DNA from: Utricularia gibba
Taxonomy: Eukaryota; Plantae; Magnoliophyta
NCBI GenBank assembly: GCA_002189035.1
Contig: NEEC01000023.1
Coordinates: 879,017 to 943,016, forward strand
Reading direction: 5' to 3'
DNA: 64,000 nt
The notes beneath the pieces are model-generated. The model was not told the DNA's origin and made no database searches. It was given only the letters and a program-made list of their open reading frames with translations. This document shows positions 38,966-51,506 of the stretch, in pieces. Within the stretch, counting starts at the first letter, position 1. Every line of letters starts with the position of its first letter. The position numbers and the translations under genes were made by a program.

Positions 38966-39808
38966 GAGACAGCGAGCTCAAGAGTGCTTTATAACGGAGT
39001 TGTGGGGCGCTTGGATTCACATGAACAAAGAGAGAACCATGGCGGAGGAGGAGCAAAAAATGAACTGAAGAAGAGTAAGGACGGTGGGAAGGAAGGCAAG
39101 GGTTTTAGAAGGAAGAGCCTGACTGTGTGCTCTTGGGTTTGCTGCTATGAGATTTGGAAGAGACATATAGGTGTGAATGAAGCGATACGTTGTGATGACT
39201 TATGGCAGACAAGAGAAATAAAGGCAAGAGCTTTTTTACAGTGAGGATGTTGGGAAAGAGAATTAAAAGGGGTTAGGAGCGCCACTTGTGCAGGGACATT
39301 TATGCAGCATGCACTAGTGTGTGCTGATAGCATGTCTCATGGTTCATGGGAACTCCCCTCATTTTTTGTTTTCCTGTCTCTCTCTCTCTCTCGAAAACAA
39401 ATCCATTCAATTCTGCAACAATTTTGCACTAAAAAAGAAGACGAATATGGATGTGGATGTGGATGTGGATGTGGGCGTAGCGTGGGAGGGGCACCCGAGT
39501 GTAATTAAACACAAACATGAGAGAATATTCTGAAACAAACAACGCATAAAGGAAGGAAAGGCTGCGTGTGTGCCTCCTTTTTCCTCCCTAGAGGCAAAGC
39601 CAAGCCAAAGGTCTCAAAGCACAGATTTATTGCAAACAGCAGGCAGACAGAGTAGAGCTCCACTCTTTAGTTTCCCTCTCTCTCACGCCTTTGTATCAGG
39701 ATTGGATTAAGAGTGCAATAAATGTTTTTGGTATGCTTTGGACGCATAGGATAGCATATTTAATGTGTGTTATATGATCTGAGAGTTGGTGGTGGCCCCA
39801 GTTGTCTC
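38966..39808 (-). promoter_or_regulatory. PIN promoter: TATA box plus five canonical AuxRE hexamers and an RY motif
   Basis: TATAAAG (minus strand) 38987-38993. TGTCTC/GAGACA at 38966-38971, 39160-39165, 39333-39338, 39375-39380, 39803-39808. CATGCA at 39308-39313. Confidence 0.55.
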
Positions 39809-41295
39809 ACCAGTTTGTCACTTTCTATTATCTTAACCCCCGTCCCGGTCCCTCTTCTACTCTTCTTGTTTGGCGGCGAAGAGAAGGGGCATAAATTGAG
39901 GAAGAGCCTCAGAGTCCATCAATGCTGCTGCTTTGTTTCCTCACTCTTTTTTTTTTTATTTCATCCTGTTGGTTATTTATTTTGTAGTGAACGGATGTCG
40001 CTATACGACTTGAAGTGAAGTTGCACCACTCCGTTTGGTTTGAAAACCAGAAGATTTTGGTGAATCTCCTGGACTTGAACAACACAACATGCGCAAAGAA
40101 GCGGAAGGGTCTCTGTGTATGTGAAGAGAGAAATGAGGTGGATGATGGTGTTAGAATATACAACATCACATAGAAAAATAAAATTGTAATAATCAAGTAT
40201 ATAATAAATTGTGAATCATTAATAATTGATTGGATCTAATTTTTTATTTAATGTGATTTATGTTTATTGTGTACTTGGACTTTAAGTGTATGCTAACCCA
40301 ATCCATCTAATACTATATGCATCGCGGGAACTGTATCTTGTACCAATCAAACTAGGAGAGGGGAGGATGTATCTTTTTATTATGGAAACAAGCAGTACAT
40401 GAACGACCCATCCCCCTCCTCGAAGCCATACATACTTTCGAAGTATGGAAGGCGGGGAAAGCAACAGCTGAGGCTGAGCACGAGGGAAGGATAAAATGAT
40501 GATGACTGCATTGCACGCATGACTAGAGGATCCGAGAATTGATACCTAACCTACTTCTAGCAATCGAACAACCTTTTTTCTAGTTAACAGAAATTCCACA
40601 GGTCTCCAGTACCAGCACAAGTGCTAAAAATGCGGCCCATTGGTGTCCACTCCACACACACCTCTCTTTCTCTATGTGTTCCTTCATTCCACATTCATGG
40701 CAAGGTAACACCCCACCCCCACAGGAGGAGTAGTAGCAGGCAGGCAGGCAGGCACGCGTGCTGCTGCTCTTTACACGAGACGAGAGGAGCCAAAAAGTAG
40801 CAACACCATTATTTGCATTTCAGTTCAACACTTGCCCACCGGGACAACAAAAAGGAGCTTGGGACAAGCCCCCATATTAACTTTGACTAGCGTGGGTTGG
40901 ATTGTGGCTTGCTATTTGTTTCTTTGTGCATCCAACCGAGCACAACTTCCGAGGCCGGCCGGATCTTTTGTTGTAGTGGCCCGTGGCCAGTGGCCTAAAT
41001 CAAAACGTTATAGGAGGGCCTTGAAATCGAGCAATGCGATGGATCATGGCTTTTAATTTCTGATCCATAGACTTGAGCCGGCCCTCCTAATCCAAGACAG
41101 CAACTGTCGCGTGGATGCGTCTTGCACTGGGGCTTTGCTCTCGGCCCAATGAGAAAGTACTTTGCAAGGCCCAATATATCGACCAGATAAAAATTATATT
41201 ATTATTGTATTGAAATTGGGATGTGTATCATTCTCAATCTCATCCCCAGATCCAGCGCCGCGCCCTGCCCTGCCCTGTGTCGTTGATTTGGTGGT

Positions 41296-41499
41296 ATGGA
41301 TCCCGACGCGGCACGAACTGCACGAGCTTCCCTTGATCTGGCGTTTCAGATATCCAACATTCTGGACACGGGACTCGATCGCCTCACACTGTCGATTCTA
41401 ATTGGCCTATGTGAAATGGGAGTGAGCCCGGAGTCCCTTGCTGCCGTTGTAAGAGAGCTGAGGAGGGCGGAAGAAACAAAACCGACTTCTGATGTGTAG
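41296..41499 (+). CDS. GIP1: GCP3-interacting protein / MOZART1 (gamma-tubulin complex), intronless, 67 aa
   Basis: ARTARASLDLAFQISNILDTGLDRLTLSILIGLCEMGVSPESLAAVVRELRR is the MZT1 family motif. Site II GGCCCA at 41143-41148 and 41168-41173. Confidence 0.93.
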   Translation: MDPDAARTARASLDLAFQISNILDTGLDRLTLSILIGLCEMGVSPESLAAVVRELRRAEETKPTSDV

Positions 41500-42366
41500 T
41501 AATTGGTTTGCTGGGGTAAGGGCGAGTCATGTAATTTCAAGGAAGATTCTGAATGCTTTTGGTCTGGTTAGGTTGTGTTGCGGGTGTCTGAAACTGTTCA
41601 GCATCCAACTAGTTTTCAAGTTGTGTTGCTGTGGGTTTGTGAAATTGTTTAGCGCCGCGCCCATAATCGTGAATGGTCCCATCCAAAATTTCGAAAGCGT
41701 GTTGCTATGAATTCGTTGTGTTTTTTTATATATATTGTGGACGTGGACTGGGTAAGCCGGCCAGGCCACACGACTCTTCCTTCTCACCTCAGTTTAGAGG
41801 AAGAGGATTAGGATTGGGATGGGGATGGATAATCCTCCACCTCCAACTCCTCCTCCACCTCCGCCTCCGCCTCCTCCTCCTCCTCTACTTTATGCATCCT
41901 ATTTCTACACGACTCTCCTCGGTCCAGTTCCATTTGTGGGTCGGAAACTGAGAGCGAGGAAGATTCCAAGTCAAACCAATCTCAATTACCCACCCACCCC
42001 TGGTGGATGGATGTATACTAAAACCGAGTCAGAGCTGGAGGCTAGCAACAGTGTAATTTCTAAGAAAAAAGCAGCAGCACATTGGTTGAGGGATTCTAGA
42101 GCTGAACTGACTCGATCACATCACACCGTGACATTCATCTATAATCTGATCACGGGGATGGATGATTCGAATCATCTACAAGTGCAGATGGGTGGGGAAG
42201 CGATATCCCCGCCCTTGCTTGCTTCTACTAGTAATTTAATCGGCCCACGGGCGTGCATCCCAGCCACAGTGAGGACGGACACATAACACATACCGCTGCT
42301 ACTACACAGACAAGAAAAAAACACACACACACACAGAGACTAAGTAATCTGCTCATCTCGGGTCGG

Positions 42367-42755
42367 CTAGAGGTTGCAGTTGCAGGGCGTGGACTTGGAC
42401 TTATCCAGCATGGACCACATCACCTGGACATCCTCGTAACCACAGTTCATCACCTCGCCGTGAAGATCTACGACACCGTCTTCACTTTCTGGAAAAAGCA
42501 CAAATGTTACCAACTGGTCAACACACATATTAACAATAATAAATCATAAACAGGGACAGGACACAAGAGGAGACATGAGCCTGAGAATGGACCAAAGCAA
42601 GTGAGGAAAAGGATTAATTAGTTTAGGGGGAGCTTACCATGTTGGGATGACTTCTTGTCCTTGCTGGGGTTCAGCAAAGTACGAGCTTTCTTGAAGGGGG
42701 TCTTGATGGTTCGAACCCAGTTGGATCCTCCTGCCGCTGCAGCTGTTCCACTCAT
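42367..42755 (-). CDS. Conserved uncharacterised small plant protein (79 aa), 2 exons
   Basis: Exon 1 42638-42755, exon 2 42367-42488, canonical G|GTAAG...CCAG. Product MSGTAAAAGGSNWVRTIKTPFKKARTLLNPSKDKKSSQHESEDGVVDLHGEVMNCGYEDVQVMWSMLDKSKSTPCNCNL*. The LHGEVMxCxYEDVxVMWSxL motif is recognisable from other angiosperm proteins. Confidence 0.85.
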
Positions 42756-44835
42756 CCTTGGGGTTGGATTGGATATAACAAGGAACAACAAATGGAATGA
42801 AGGAGGATCAGGAGAATTGCTGCAGGTGCTGGTGTTGTACCAACAGGAGCCAAGTGCTCACATCTATAAATACACACAGAGGGGGGTTGCTGGGGGAGAG
42901 AGGCGAGCGGTGAGGGGGACATATGAGTGGGTGCGTAAATGTGCCGACCGCAGAGAAGCACATGGAGAATGAAGGTTGGTTGCCACTACAATTGCAATGG
43001 GCCAGGACCATGTGAAGTGTCGCTGCAGCCTCCTACTCCTGATGAATCAAAGAAATGAAATACGAAATGAATGCATTTCGTTACTAGCAGTAGCAGTAGA
43101 GAGGAGTTTTGTCAAGTGGTTAACTATGGTGGACAAACGCCGACCGACCCAATGAATAGAATTCTAATAAATTCGCATTCATTGACAACATAACTACAGG
43201 GAAGAGGAAGGTGCAGCCTCCATCTCCCCGTCCTTGTCCTCTCTTTCAATCAATAAGTAAGCGCATCTTCCTTGGTGATTGTGGTTATGAACAAAATATC
43301 TTTGATTCAGTGGCTGGCGTGGGTTTGTGACCACTGACTGACCAGTATGCGTATGATATGGGTAGGCGGTAGCACTCGCACTCGCACTCGCACTAGCAGA
43401 TGATATTCTTATCCCATTATGCTTCGTGCCACAGGGCCCATGCCCTAACACTACACTACAGTACACCAACCCCTCAACTTCGAATTCATGACGACGTGGA
43501 CCCACTTTGGTCCACAATATTTAAAATGTTGACTCTTGCCATCACCGCAATCGGACGGGACGGGAGCCTGACCTGACGGCCTCCCTGGACCTCTAACACC
43601 CATATTAACTACAACAACAACAACTACTATTAATCCCCTCCGCGTACTCTACTAGTTACCAGGTTAGACAAGACCAGAGACTAGTAACGTCTCCTCTCCA
43701 TGGGCATGGGAGTCAATGTCTCTCCGCATCTTCTACGACTTGTTTCTTCAATTGCTTTCCCAAAGTATACAATACTGCATGTTGACAACACATGCTTGCA
43801 CGCGGCTCTCTGATTCTCATGTTTATCCTAATAATACTCGTTACTCTCTACTCTCAAGACCATCCCATGACCTCCAGCAATGCTCCTTCCCAAACCCCAC
43901 TGCTCACGCATTCCGCTAGATTGCAATCTTGTGTTGACGCCATTTTTTTTTTCCACAGCTCCTGTCGCACCCTTCCACGCGTCACCCCTTCAACTGAATT
44001 GTGAGAAATTAGGATGATGAGGTTTATTATCATCCTCTTAATCTTCAATTCATCTCAACTTGATTGGGTCTGCATGACTCCAAGAAAAATGTGTCCCCTA
44101 CGTACTATGGGGAACGTCTGGTGATCCGGGTTCTCTTGCTTGGGGTTGGATCACTTAATTCTTGAAAAAAACAACATCAAATGGGGCTGCAAACTGCCAA
44201 ACCGAATATTTTATTTCCTGGGAACAGAGGAGCAACTAGCAAGACCGTTGATACTATATTTGTGTTCCGACTCCCGGAAAAACTTTGATCAGAATTATCT
44301 CACAGTTAGAGACTGAGTCTGTTAGCTTGCCTGACAATAACGACCAAAGGCAAAGGAGAAGCTATGTTTGTTGTTGGAAAATTACCGGAGCCTGCATCAG
44401 TGACTGAAATTGTAAAAGCATGGGGAGATTGTGCAGGGGTCTCCAGACCAAAAAGGAGGAGGCAGCTTCAATTCTAGATTTGGGAGATGGGGCTATGCTA
44501 TCTATAGCTGGGAAGGTTCTTCACTTGTTTCAGAATAACTGTAGTTACTGTATCCCGAATCTAGCATTTCATTCTTCTTACTTGAATTTCAATCCTTCTT
44601 TGTTACATGGAAGCCTGATGTTTTCAGCAGTCCAGATTCTGGCACGTATGATAGGTCACATCTTCAAGCAGAATTTCTTGGGTGGTGTGAACTGAAGGTA
44701 AAACATACACCAAAGCCAAGTATAGAAATGCAAATGTTAATTTGAGCATGATTATAAACGCAAGAGCAAATAAGAAATTGATGGATACACAACACTCAGA
44801 CGACAAACAGGATGCTTCAGCCCACTATGTGTGAC

Positions 44836-45604
44836 TTAACATTGAAATGGCCAGTGAGAATATTCAGTGAATTCGGGCTCCTCCAGTGCTGTATTAGTAC
44901 CAGAAGCAGAGCGAGATGAGCGAAACGGCCACAAGAATGACCACCTTCTCCTGCGCCTGTTTTTCTCCCTCCAGTTTTGTGTATCGTAGCCATTTATTAG
45001 GTGCTGGTCTGCTAGTTCATGGCGGCAAATTGGGCAAGATCTGCGCCGCTCCAGCCAAGGCACTATGCAATCTGGATGGTATAAATGCTTACAGGGGAGC
45101 TTTCTAAATTGAGACCCCAGCTCAAAGAGGTCCTTACAAATAGCACACATTGTGTTAGCACGAATGTGCTTCTTAGAAATTTCGATGGTGGGCAATGCCT
45201 CAATCGTGGGTCTCGAGGCAGGGGGTGCCACATGCTGATCACTGCTTGTTATATGCTCAAAAAATTCTTCCACCCCAGGTCCAATAAAGTAATCTCCAGC
45301 ATTATTTCGTCTGAATCCAAGGCTTTCATTGAGAAAGAATCCCAGAAGTTATCGTTTTGTTCAGATATTCTACCGACATCAGAGATTGCATTCCTAACAG
45401 CCATATGCTGCCTGAGAAAATCAGACACAGTTTGCATGAACCTCGGACTTTGGTTCAGCGCTTCGGCACCATCCATGCTAAATGCATGGTCTAGTTCTTG
45501 AAAAAGCCTCCTCCACAGTTTGAGCACTCTGCCATATGTCGGAGAGTTACGGACTCCCCACAGCTGTAGCACCAATGAGTGGCACCTCCTCTGCTGCAAG
45601 ACAT
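44836..45604 (-). CDS. RING-H2 E3 ubiquitin ligase, RZF1/RHC1A-like with N-terminal zinc ribbon, intronless, two apparent 1-nt frameshifts
   Basis: THWCYSC...CSNCGGGF, then AGDYFIGPGVEEFF, PPASRPTIEALPT, RING CAICKDLF...LPCKHLYHPDCIVPWL...CPICR, WPFRSS. Three segments are joined by +1 in A5 at 45501-45505 and +1 in C3 at 45341-45343. Confidence 0.85.
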
Positions 45605-47123
45605 CAAAGATCCCCTAATTCTAATCAATAGATAGCAGAATGTTCTTCAAGCATGATATCTGAATTTTGTCATTGCGGAAGGTATCCTATTGGTTGTTTG
45701 AACAAGTCAGTGACAAAGATCAAGCCTTGGTAGCTCTAGATTTTCATTTCGCAATTTTTCATGCTCAGAGAAACGTAAAAAGTCCAAAATCCCATATGCC
45801 ATTCATAGTACTCATTGCAAATCCGCAGCAACAGAGAGAATCATATAATGTCATGGAACAATCACCTAGAACATTATGCTACACTGTAAATCTTCTAGAC
45901 CAGAAAAATTAAGAAGGTTGATTGGAAAATCAACGGAAAACGAACAAAAAAAGAAACATAAGAGGTCAGCCCATATTATATGTAAATCAAGGTAGAAAAG
46001 AGAAAACTTGATCACATTTGGATGAATAGGCCAGACCAAGGAACGACATCGTATTCTCCGCAAAATTCTAACAAGGCCCAAAATTTAATAGCATTGCAAA
46101 AAAAAAAAAGAACGACAATCATCATTCATTGTAGATTAATCCACGAGGCGAAATGCGGCAAAAGATCCAGCAAGAAGGAAATGGCAAGGAAATCAGGGCA
46201 TGAATGGGAAAAAAAATAAGAGCAAGAAAGTTGATACCTTTGCTTTGATCCATCGGTGCGGAAGAAAAGCCCGGATGGGTGATAAAGAGAATGGCGATTG
46301 AGCAGAGCAGTAGTGTATATAAAGCAAGCGTAACAAGGGAAAGCAGGCATCCTGTTAAGAGTGAAGAGGATATTGGGGCCATTGGAGTCGAAGTGGGTGC
46401 TCCGGATACGCATTAGTTGTAACTAGTGACGGAGCTGGGAGCCAGCACAAGTACAACGTGAGGCTAAAGTAAACTAGTGCGGTGCCAACCTGTCACTTGA
46501 GCTGTGGGATTGGGCTCCATTTAATGGGCTTCGACTGGAACCCATCCGTATGACCTTGGTTCCTGCAGGAAACAATAGCATGGGACTCCGCGGATGAATC
46601 GTTTCCTGTTTCAGTCCAGCAGGATAACGGTCAAGTTTTCTACAAAAGTCTTCAAACATTTTGAAATTTGGATGAAAACCATTATCTGACCCTCTCCAGT
46701 AGAAACTTTCCTGTCAAATATGATCTGCCATTAAATCCATTTCATCAGCCTCACTTAGCCGCCTTCTGTCTCGTTAGCCTCACTTAATCTAATCCTAATA
46801 TATAAGCTAGCTAGAATGAAGTTCCTACAACGGTGTAAAGCTTGCCCAACTCTTTGGGCGGTTTCATAATGTCCCTGGCCCGTCATATGGGTGCCGAAAC
46901 ACGCTAACGACTACAGAATGTTCAGTGGGTCTGCAGCCCAGAGCAAAGAAAAACGGATACATTTACTAGCAGGATTAACATGCATTGCGTTCAGAGAAGA
47001 AAAAGAAATAGCAGAAACCTCAGCGGAATAATGTATGATAAAACCTCATTAAGTAGCAACAGTTCAGAAACAAAAAACAAAGCAATGAAATCACCTTCAC
47101 ACTCCCATATAAGATTGTAGTGG

Positions 47124-48431
47124 TTACTCATGGCCAAGAAACGATGGATAAATAGCTGGAGCAGACATACCACTACTTAAACCCCTTGACCCTGCAACCC
47201 CGGAAGGCTGTCCAACTTGCGCATTTTGGAAGATCCCCATACCTTGCAGAGCTGCTTGCGCTCCATAGCTTCCCATCATACTTGGGTTGTAGCTATTTAC
47301 ACCGGTATCACTACTCATCCTGTTAACTGGTGTACTTGCCACAAATCCCAGTGGATTATACGCCAAGGCCAGGGCCGGATTCCCCATCAATCCAATACCC
47401 TGATTCTGAGGTATTACAATACCTCTTGCATCCAGAGCGTTGCTCAAAATCCCACCGTTCAATCCCAAACAAGCATCTGAAATACTTACAGCAGCAGAGT
47501 TCATGTTTCCAGAACTTGTTTTCGCAGAAACATTGTTCTTATTTTGGTTCTCTATAAACTTTTTGCAGTGTAACTGACAATTCTCCAGCACCTTGATGGG
47601 CTCCTCCATTGCCTTCTTATAACCATCTACAGACTTGAAAGTTAGAACAGCATAACCCTTGAATTTTTTTGTCACGGGGTCAAACCCAAGAGGCCCTTCC
47701 TCAATCTCACCGAACACTGCGAAGAATGAGTATAGCTTCTCAGCGGTCAAATGGGGCCCCACGTTCCCGATGTAGATCTTCCGGGTGCCCACATCGGCAG
47801 CAGGCCCTTGGCCGAATGCTGCTAACTGGCACGAAGCCATCCTATTTCCAATCTTTTTTTGAGGAATCTTGAGAGCTTTCTTTGCAGCAGCTCGAGCTTT
47901 GAATAGCACAAAGGCGTAACCCTTGCACCGGCCGGTGTTTTTGTCTGTAATCAGCTTGCACTCCTCGAGTTCGCCGAAGGGCTTGAAAGCTTGGAGGAGC
48001 TGGTCGTAAGTCACGTCCCAGCCGAGGCCGAAAACGAATAACTTCCGATGTGCTGGATCGGAATCCGCGGCACGAATGATTTCAGGGAGGATCTTTTGAT
48101 CCTCGGCGGCTGCCCGTTTCAGAATGTCGATTATTTGGGATTTCCCGAACGGCTCCAACAACTCGCGAAGGGTTCCTCGCTTAGATTCCTCTTCATCTGC
48201 CCCGTCATCCGAATCTACTTCATCCGTATCACTATGTTCTTGGTTGCTTTCTTCCTCGGACGATTCTTCCTTCAATTCGTCGTCTTCTTCTTCTTCTCCC
48301 TCAGACGACTCAGACTCCGATTCCTCCTCCGTAGATTCCTCACCCTCGGCTTCTTCATCTGAGTCCTCATCGCGAATTGGTTCAGAGTCGGGTTCCAGCG
48401 TAGGAGAAGGCACTTTTCGTTTCTTCGCCAT
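47124..48431 (-). CDS. UBA2: UBP1-associated protein 2 (UBA2)-like hnRNP with acidic N-terminus and two RRMs, intronless CDS (435 aa)
   Basis: LLEPFGKSQIIDIL, ADSDPAHRKLFVFGLGWD, RNP1 KGYAFVLF, RKIYIGNV, IEEGPLGFD, FKGYAVLTF. Confidence 0.9.
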   Translation of the reverse strand: MAKKRKVPSPTLEPDSEPIRDEDSDEEAEGEESTEEESESESSEGEEEEDDELKEESSEEESNQEHSDTDEVDSDDGADEEESKRGTLRELLEPFGKSQIIDILKRAAAEDQKILPEIIRAADSDPAHRKLFVFGLGWDVTYDQLLQAFKPFGELEECKLITDKNTGRCKGYAFVLFKARAAAKKALKIPQKKIGNRMASCQLAAFGQGPAADVGTRKIYIGNVGPHLTAEKLYSFFAVFGEIEEGPLGFDPVTKKFKGYAVLTFKSVDGYKKAMEEPIKVLENCQLHCKKFIENQNKNNVSAKTSSGNMNSAAVSISDACLGLNGGILSNALDARGIVIPQNQGIGLMGNPALALAYNPLGFVASTPVNRMSSDTGVNSYNPSMMGSYGAQAALQGMGIFQNAQVGQPSGVAGSRGLSSGMSAPAIYPSFLGHE

Positions 48432-48456
48432 TGAAGCGAAATCCCGAGGCTCAAAA

Positions 48457-48470
48457 TTTAGGGCTTAGGG
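48457..48470. promoter_or_regulatory. Degenerate telo-box pair upstream of UBA2
   Basis: TTTAGGGCTTAGGG 26-39 nt upstream of the ATG. Telo-boxes are common near RNA-metabolism genes. Confidence 0.4.
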
Positions 48471-49017
48471 GGGATAGTTTTCGGGATAATGAGCGCCAAA
48501 TGAAACGTTTGAGAGCCCGCAAACGAACGAATTTGGACTTCAGAGTCGCTTTACCAACAACTTCGACTTTTTACGGATTCAGAAGTGCCGATTGCAAATC
48601 CTCCTCTGTGTCATATTTTATAATAAAATAAAAGATGCTTGATTTTATTCTATTTTAAAATAAAAAAAGAAAATGAAAAATTAATATATAATTTAAATAG
48701 ACAATATACTATTTACTCTCTTTTTTTTTATATAAATGTTATTTAAACTAGTTTTAAATTAAAATACACTTTGAAATCATCATTGAATTATCTACCAAAT
48801 TTGAAGTTTTGTCTTTTGGAGAGAAGGTTTGGCGGGGCCTTACGTCCCTGGGGTCCATAAACTATGGTGGACGGATCTCGATGCAAAAGATCCACAATTG
48901 TTCCCTGTGAAGGTTAAGATACTTGAAACGTGTGAAATTCCTTGTTGCTGTGCTTTTACGATGGCGGTATATCTGTAACTCCATACAATGGAACTGAAAT
49001 AATGAAAAATGGTGACA

Positions 49018-51506
49018 TCAGGACGTCATGTTCTCCCGAACCCTGTGAGCAAGCCTTTTCAAAGCTCGATCATCATAGGAATCGTCTCTTTCTTTGATTC
49101 GTGCCACAAAATCCATGGCATCTCTGTACCTTCTGAATTTACAGTATCCATCCACAACCGTGTTGTAGGTCAGCTCATTAGGTCGGCACTTGTTCTCAAA
49201 CATGTAATCAATCAGTTCATCCACCTCTTGAAAGAAACCGCGCCCAGAGAAGCCGGCAATCAGTGTGTTGTACGTGACAATGCAAGGCCTTATATCTCTC
49301 CGTGTCATCTCCGTCAAAGTCCCTAGAGCCTCCTTCATTAGGCCTTGCCTGCAGAATGCTTTGATCACTGTGTTATAAGAAACGAGGTCTGGCTTCCCCC
49401 CTTCTTTAAGGAGTACATTGAGGACTTCTTGAGCCTTCCAACATTCCCCAGTTCGAGCATACATGTCCATGAGGCTGTTGTAGGTGATGAGATCAGGCTC
49501 AAGGCCACTCTCATGAATGAGAGCGAGCATTCGATGAGCTTGCTTATACATTATGTTCCTAGCATATATGGAGATCATGGAGTTGAGCAAGACCAAGTCG
49601 GGCTTGTAACCATTTTTCACAAATTCTTGGAATGCTCTCTCCATGCCTGGGAGTGATCTGCATTTAAAGTTCGCTAGAATAAGAGTTCTTGAAAGCATCC
49701 AACTTGGGAATATTTGCCCATCATAGATTTCTTTGGCGATCCTCTCAATTCCTCGAAGGTTCCCTCCTCTTGAGTAGCAGTGAAGCATCATAGAGTATGT
49801 TGTTTCATTAGGCTTGAAACCCTTGTCTCTCATGCCTTGAACAAGAACCTCGGCAGCTTTCCAGTCTCCACTGCGAGCCAGAGCGTTCAGAAGGGCATTG
49901 TATGTCGTGATGCATGCTGAAAACCCTGCTTTTACCATCTCATCATGTATCCTGCCAGCATCAATTTCTGATCCACACCTTCCATAAGCACTTATTAGGG
50001 TATTAAAGGTGTCCCTGTCAGGCTCAAAACCGCTCTTCTTCATCTCATGGAATACACGGTTGACATACTTGTGCATCCCTTTGTTGCCGCACATAGCAAG
50101 TATCGTATTCCAAGTGACACGATTTGGAGAACAACCAGTGGATTTCATGTCAGATATTATCCCCATCATCTCTTCGACCCTTGACTTCTTCCCCAGCATC
50201 CCGAGAATTGAGTTATACGTACAAACATTAGGAACACAACCAGACTCCTTCATGTGAGCAAACATACTCAAAGCTTTTTCCTCCCTTCCTGCTTTTCCAA
50301 AGGCATCAATCACAGTTGTGTAAGTAACTGCATTGGGCAATATACCCTTATCTGTCATAGTGCCAATCAAAGCCGCCCCTTCATCATGGAAGCCTGCACG
50401 AACATATGCAGCAATAAGTTCATTGTAAGTCACCAAGTCGGGGAGCAATCATTTTCCTCCATTTCCTTTAAAACACTCAAGGCTTCATTGTAAGCACCAG
50501 CTTTCCCAAAGACTTGGAGCAAAGCATTATATGTTACGGTTCCAGGGACATATCCTCTTAATTTGAGCTTCCGGAAAAAACTCTTTGCTTCTTCCAACAA
50601 ACCTTCTCTCCCACAAGCAGAAATCACAGTGCTGCACGTGAACTCGTCAAAATCTAGCCCTAAACTTGTCATCTCATCGAGAAGACTTAAAATCTTATCC
50701 CAGGAGCGGCCCTTTTTGCCATAGACATCCAGCATCACATTATAAGTGACCAATGTTGGAGATAAACCTCTATTTTTAATGAAGTCAAAAAATGTGATGG
50801 CCCTGTCATACTTACCGCTTCGTGAATAGGCATGCAATATTATGGTCCAAGCTCGAATATCCATTGTGAAATCCTCAAAGTGAATCACATCAAACAATGT
50901 AGAAGTAATTGAATGTTGAGATTCCCTACCAAGGATCTTGACCATTAACTCAATCATCTGGTTTTCCAATTTATCACTATCCGAATTCAGAACGACCCAT
51001 TCAAACAGCAAAATTGCTTTTTCAGTGTTACCAAAGAAGTCCAAGGCTTTCAAGAGACTATATTGATCTACTTCTTCAAGGAGCTCAACCTTCATAGAGT
51101 TGAAAAAGGACTGCAAGCTGGAAACTGGGCACTCCAGAATCAAATTAATGATGCACTTACAGTTTTCCGGAAGAAAATCAAGCAACCATTCATCATTCCG
51201 TAGACCGGTTATTGAAGTGCCGCCTTCTTTCCTGAAATGGGAAGAGAAAGAGCCTCGGCTATCTGATGGCATAACGCGGGGAGAGGGAAGATAGGAATTC
51301 AGTGGCGAGGAAATATGGAGGTGCTGAAGGAGGGAATCAAGGGGAAACGAGTGGGAGGACGAGGAAGATTGCTGTTGCGGATGCTGTTGGGGAAGCAAAT
51401 GGGGCAGAGACAGAGTAGAAGAGTTGAATTTCAAGTTCGGACTCGAAATTGGCTTCGTGGGTTGGAGGGGAAGTGCAGGTTTGTTGGCAAAAAAAGTCCC
51501 TTCCAT
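49018..51506 (-). CDS. PPR10: Chloroplast P-class PPR protein, PPR10 / At2g18940-like, intronless, apparent 1-nt frameshift
   Basis: N-terminus MEGTFFANKP...SFPLDSLLQHL followed by tandem 35-aa PPR motifs in ORFs 50430..51506 and 49018..50448. Adding one base to G4 at 50440-50443 gives EENDCSPDLVTYNELIAAY. Confidence 0.9.

Noticed and set aside
41819-42286. Pro-rich 155-aa ORF (antisense reading is Glu-rich)
   Set aside because: Driven by a CCT/CCG trinucleotide repeat between convergent genes; no conserved motif on either strand.
44300-44700. Short plus-strand ORFs downstream of the RING gene
   Set aside because: No recognisable homology and no consistent splice structure.
45085-48468. Plus-strand ORFs 45085..45501, 48048..48362 and 48124..48468
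   Set aside because: Antisense shadows of the RING and UBA2 coding sequences (Ser-rich mirror of an acidic tract).
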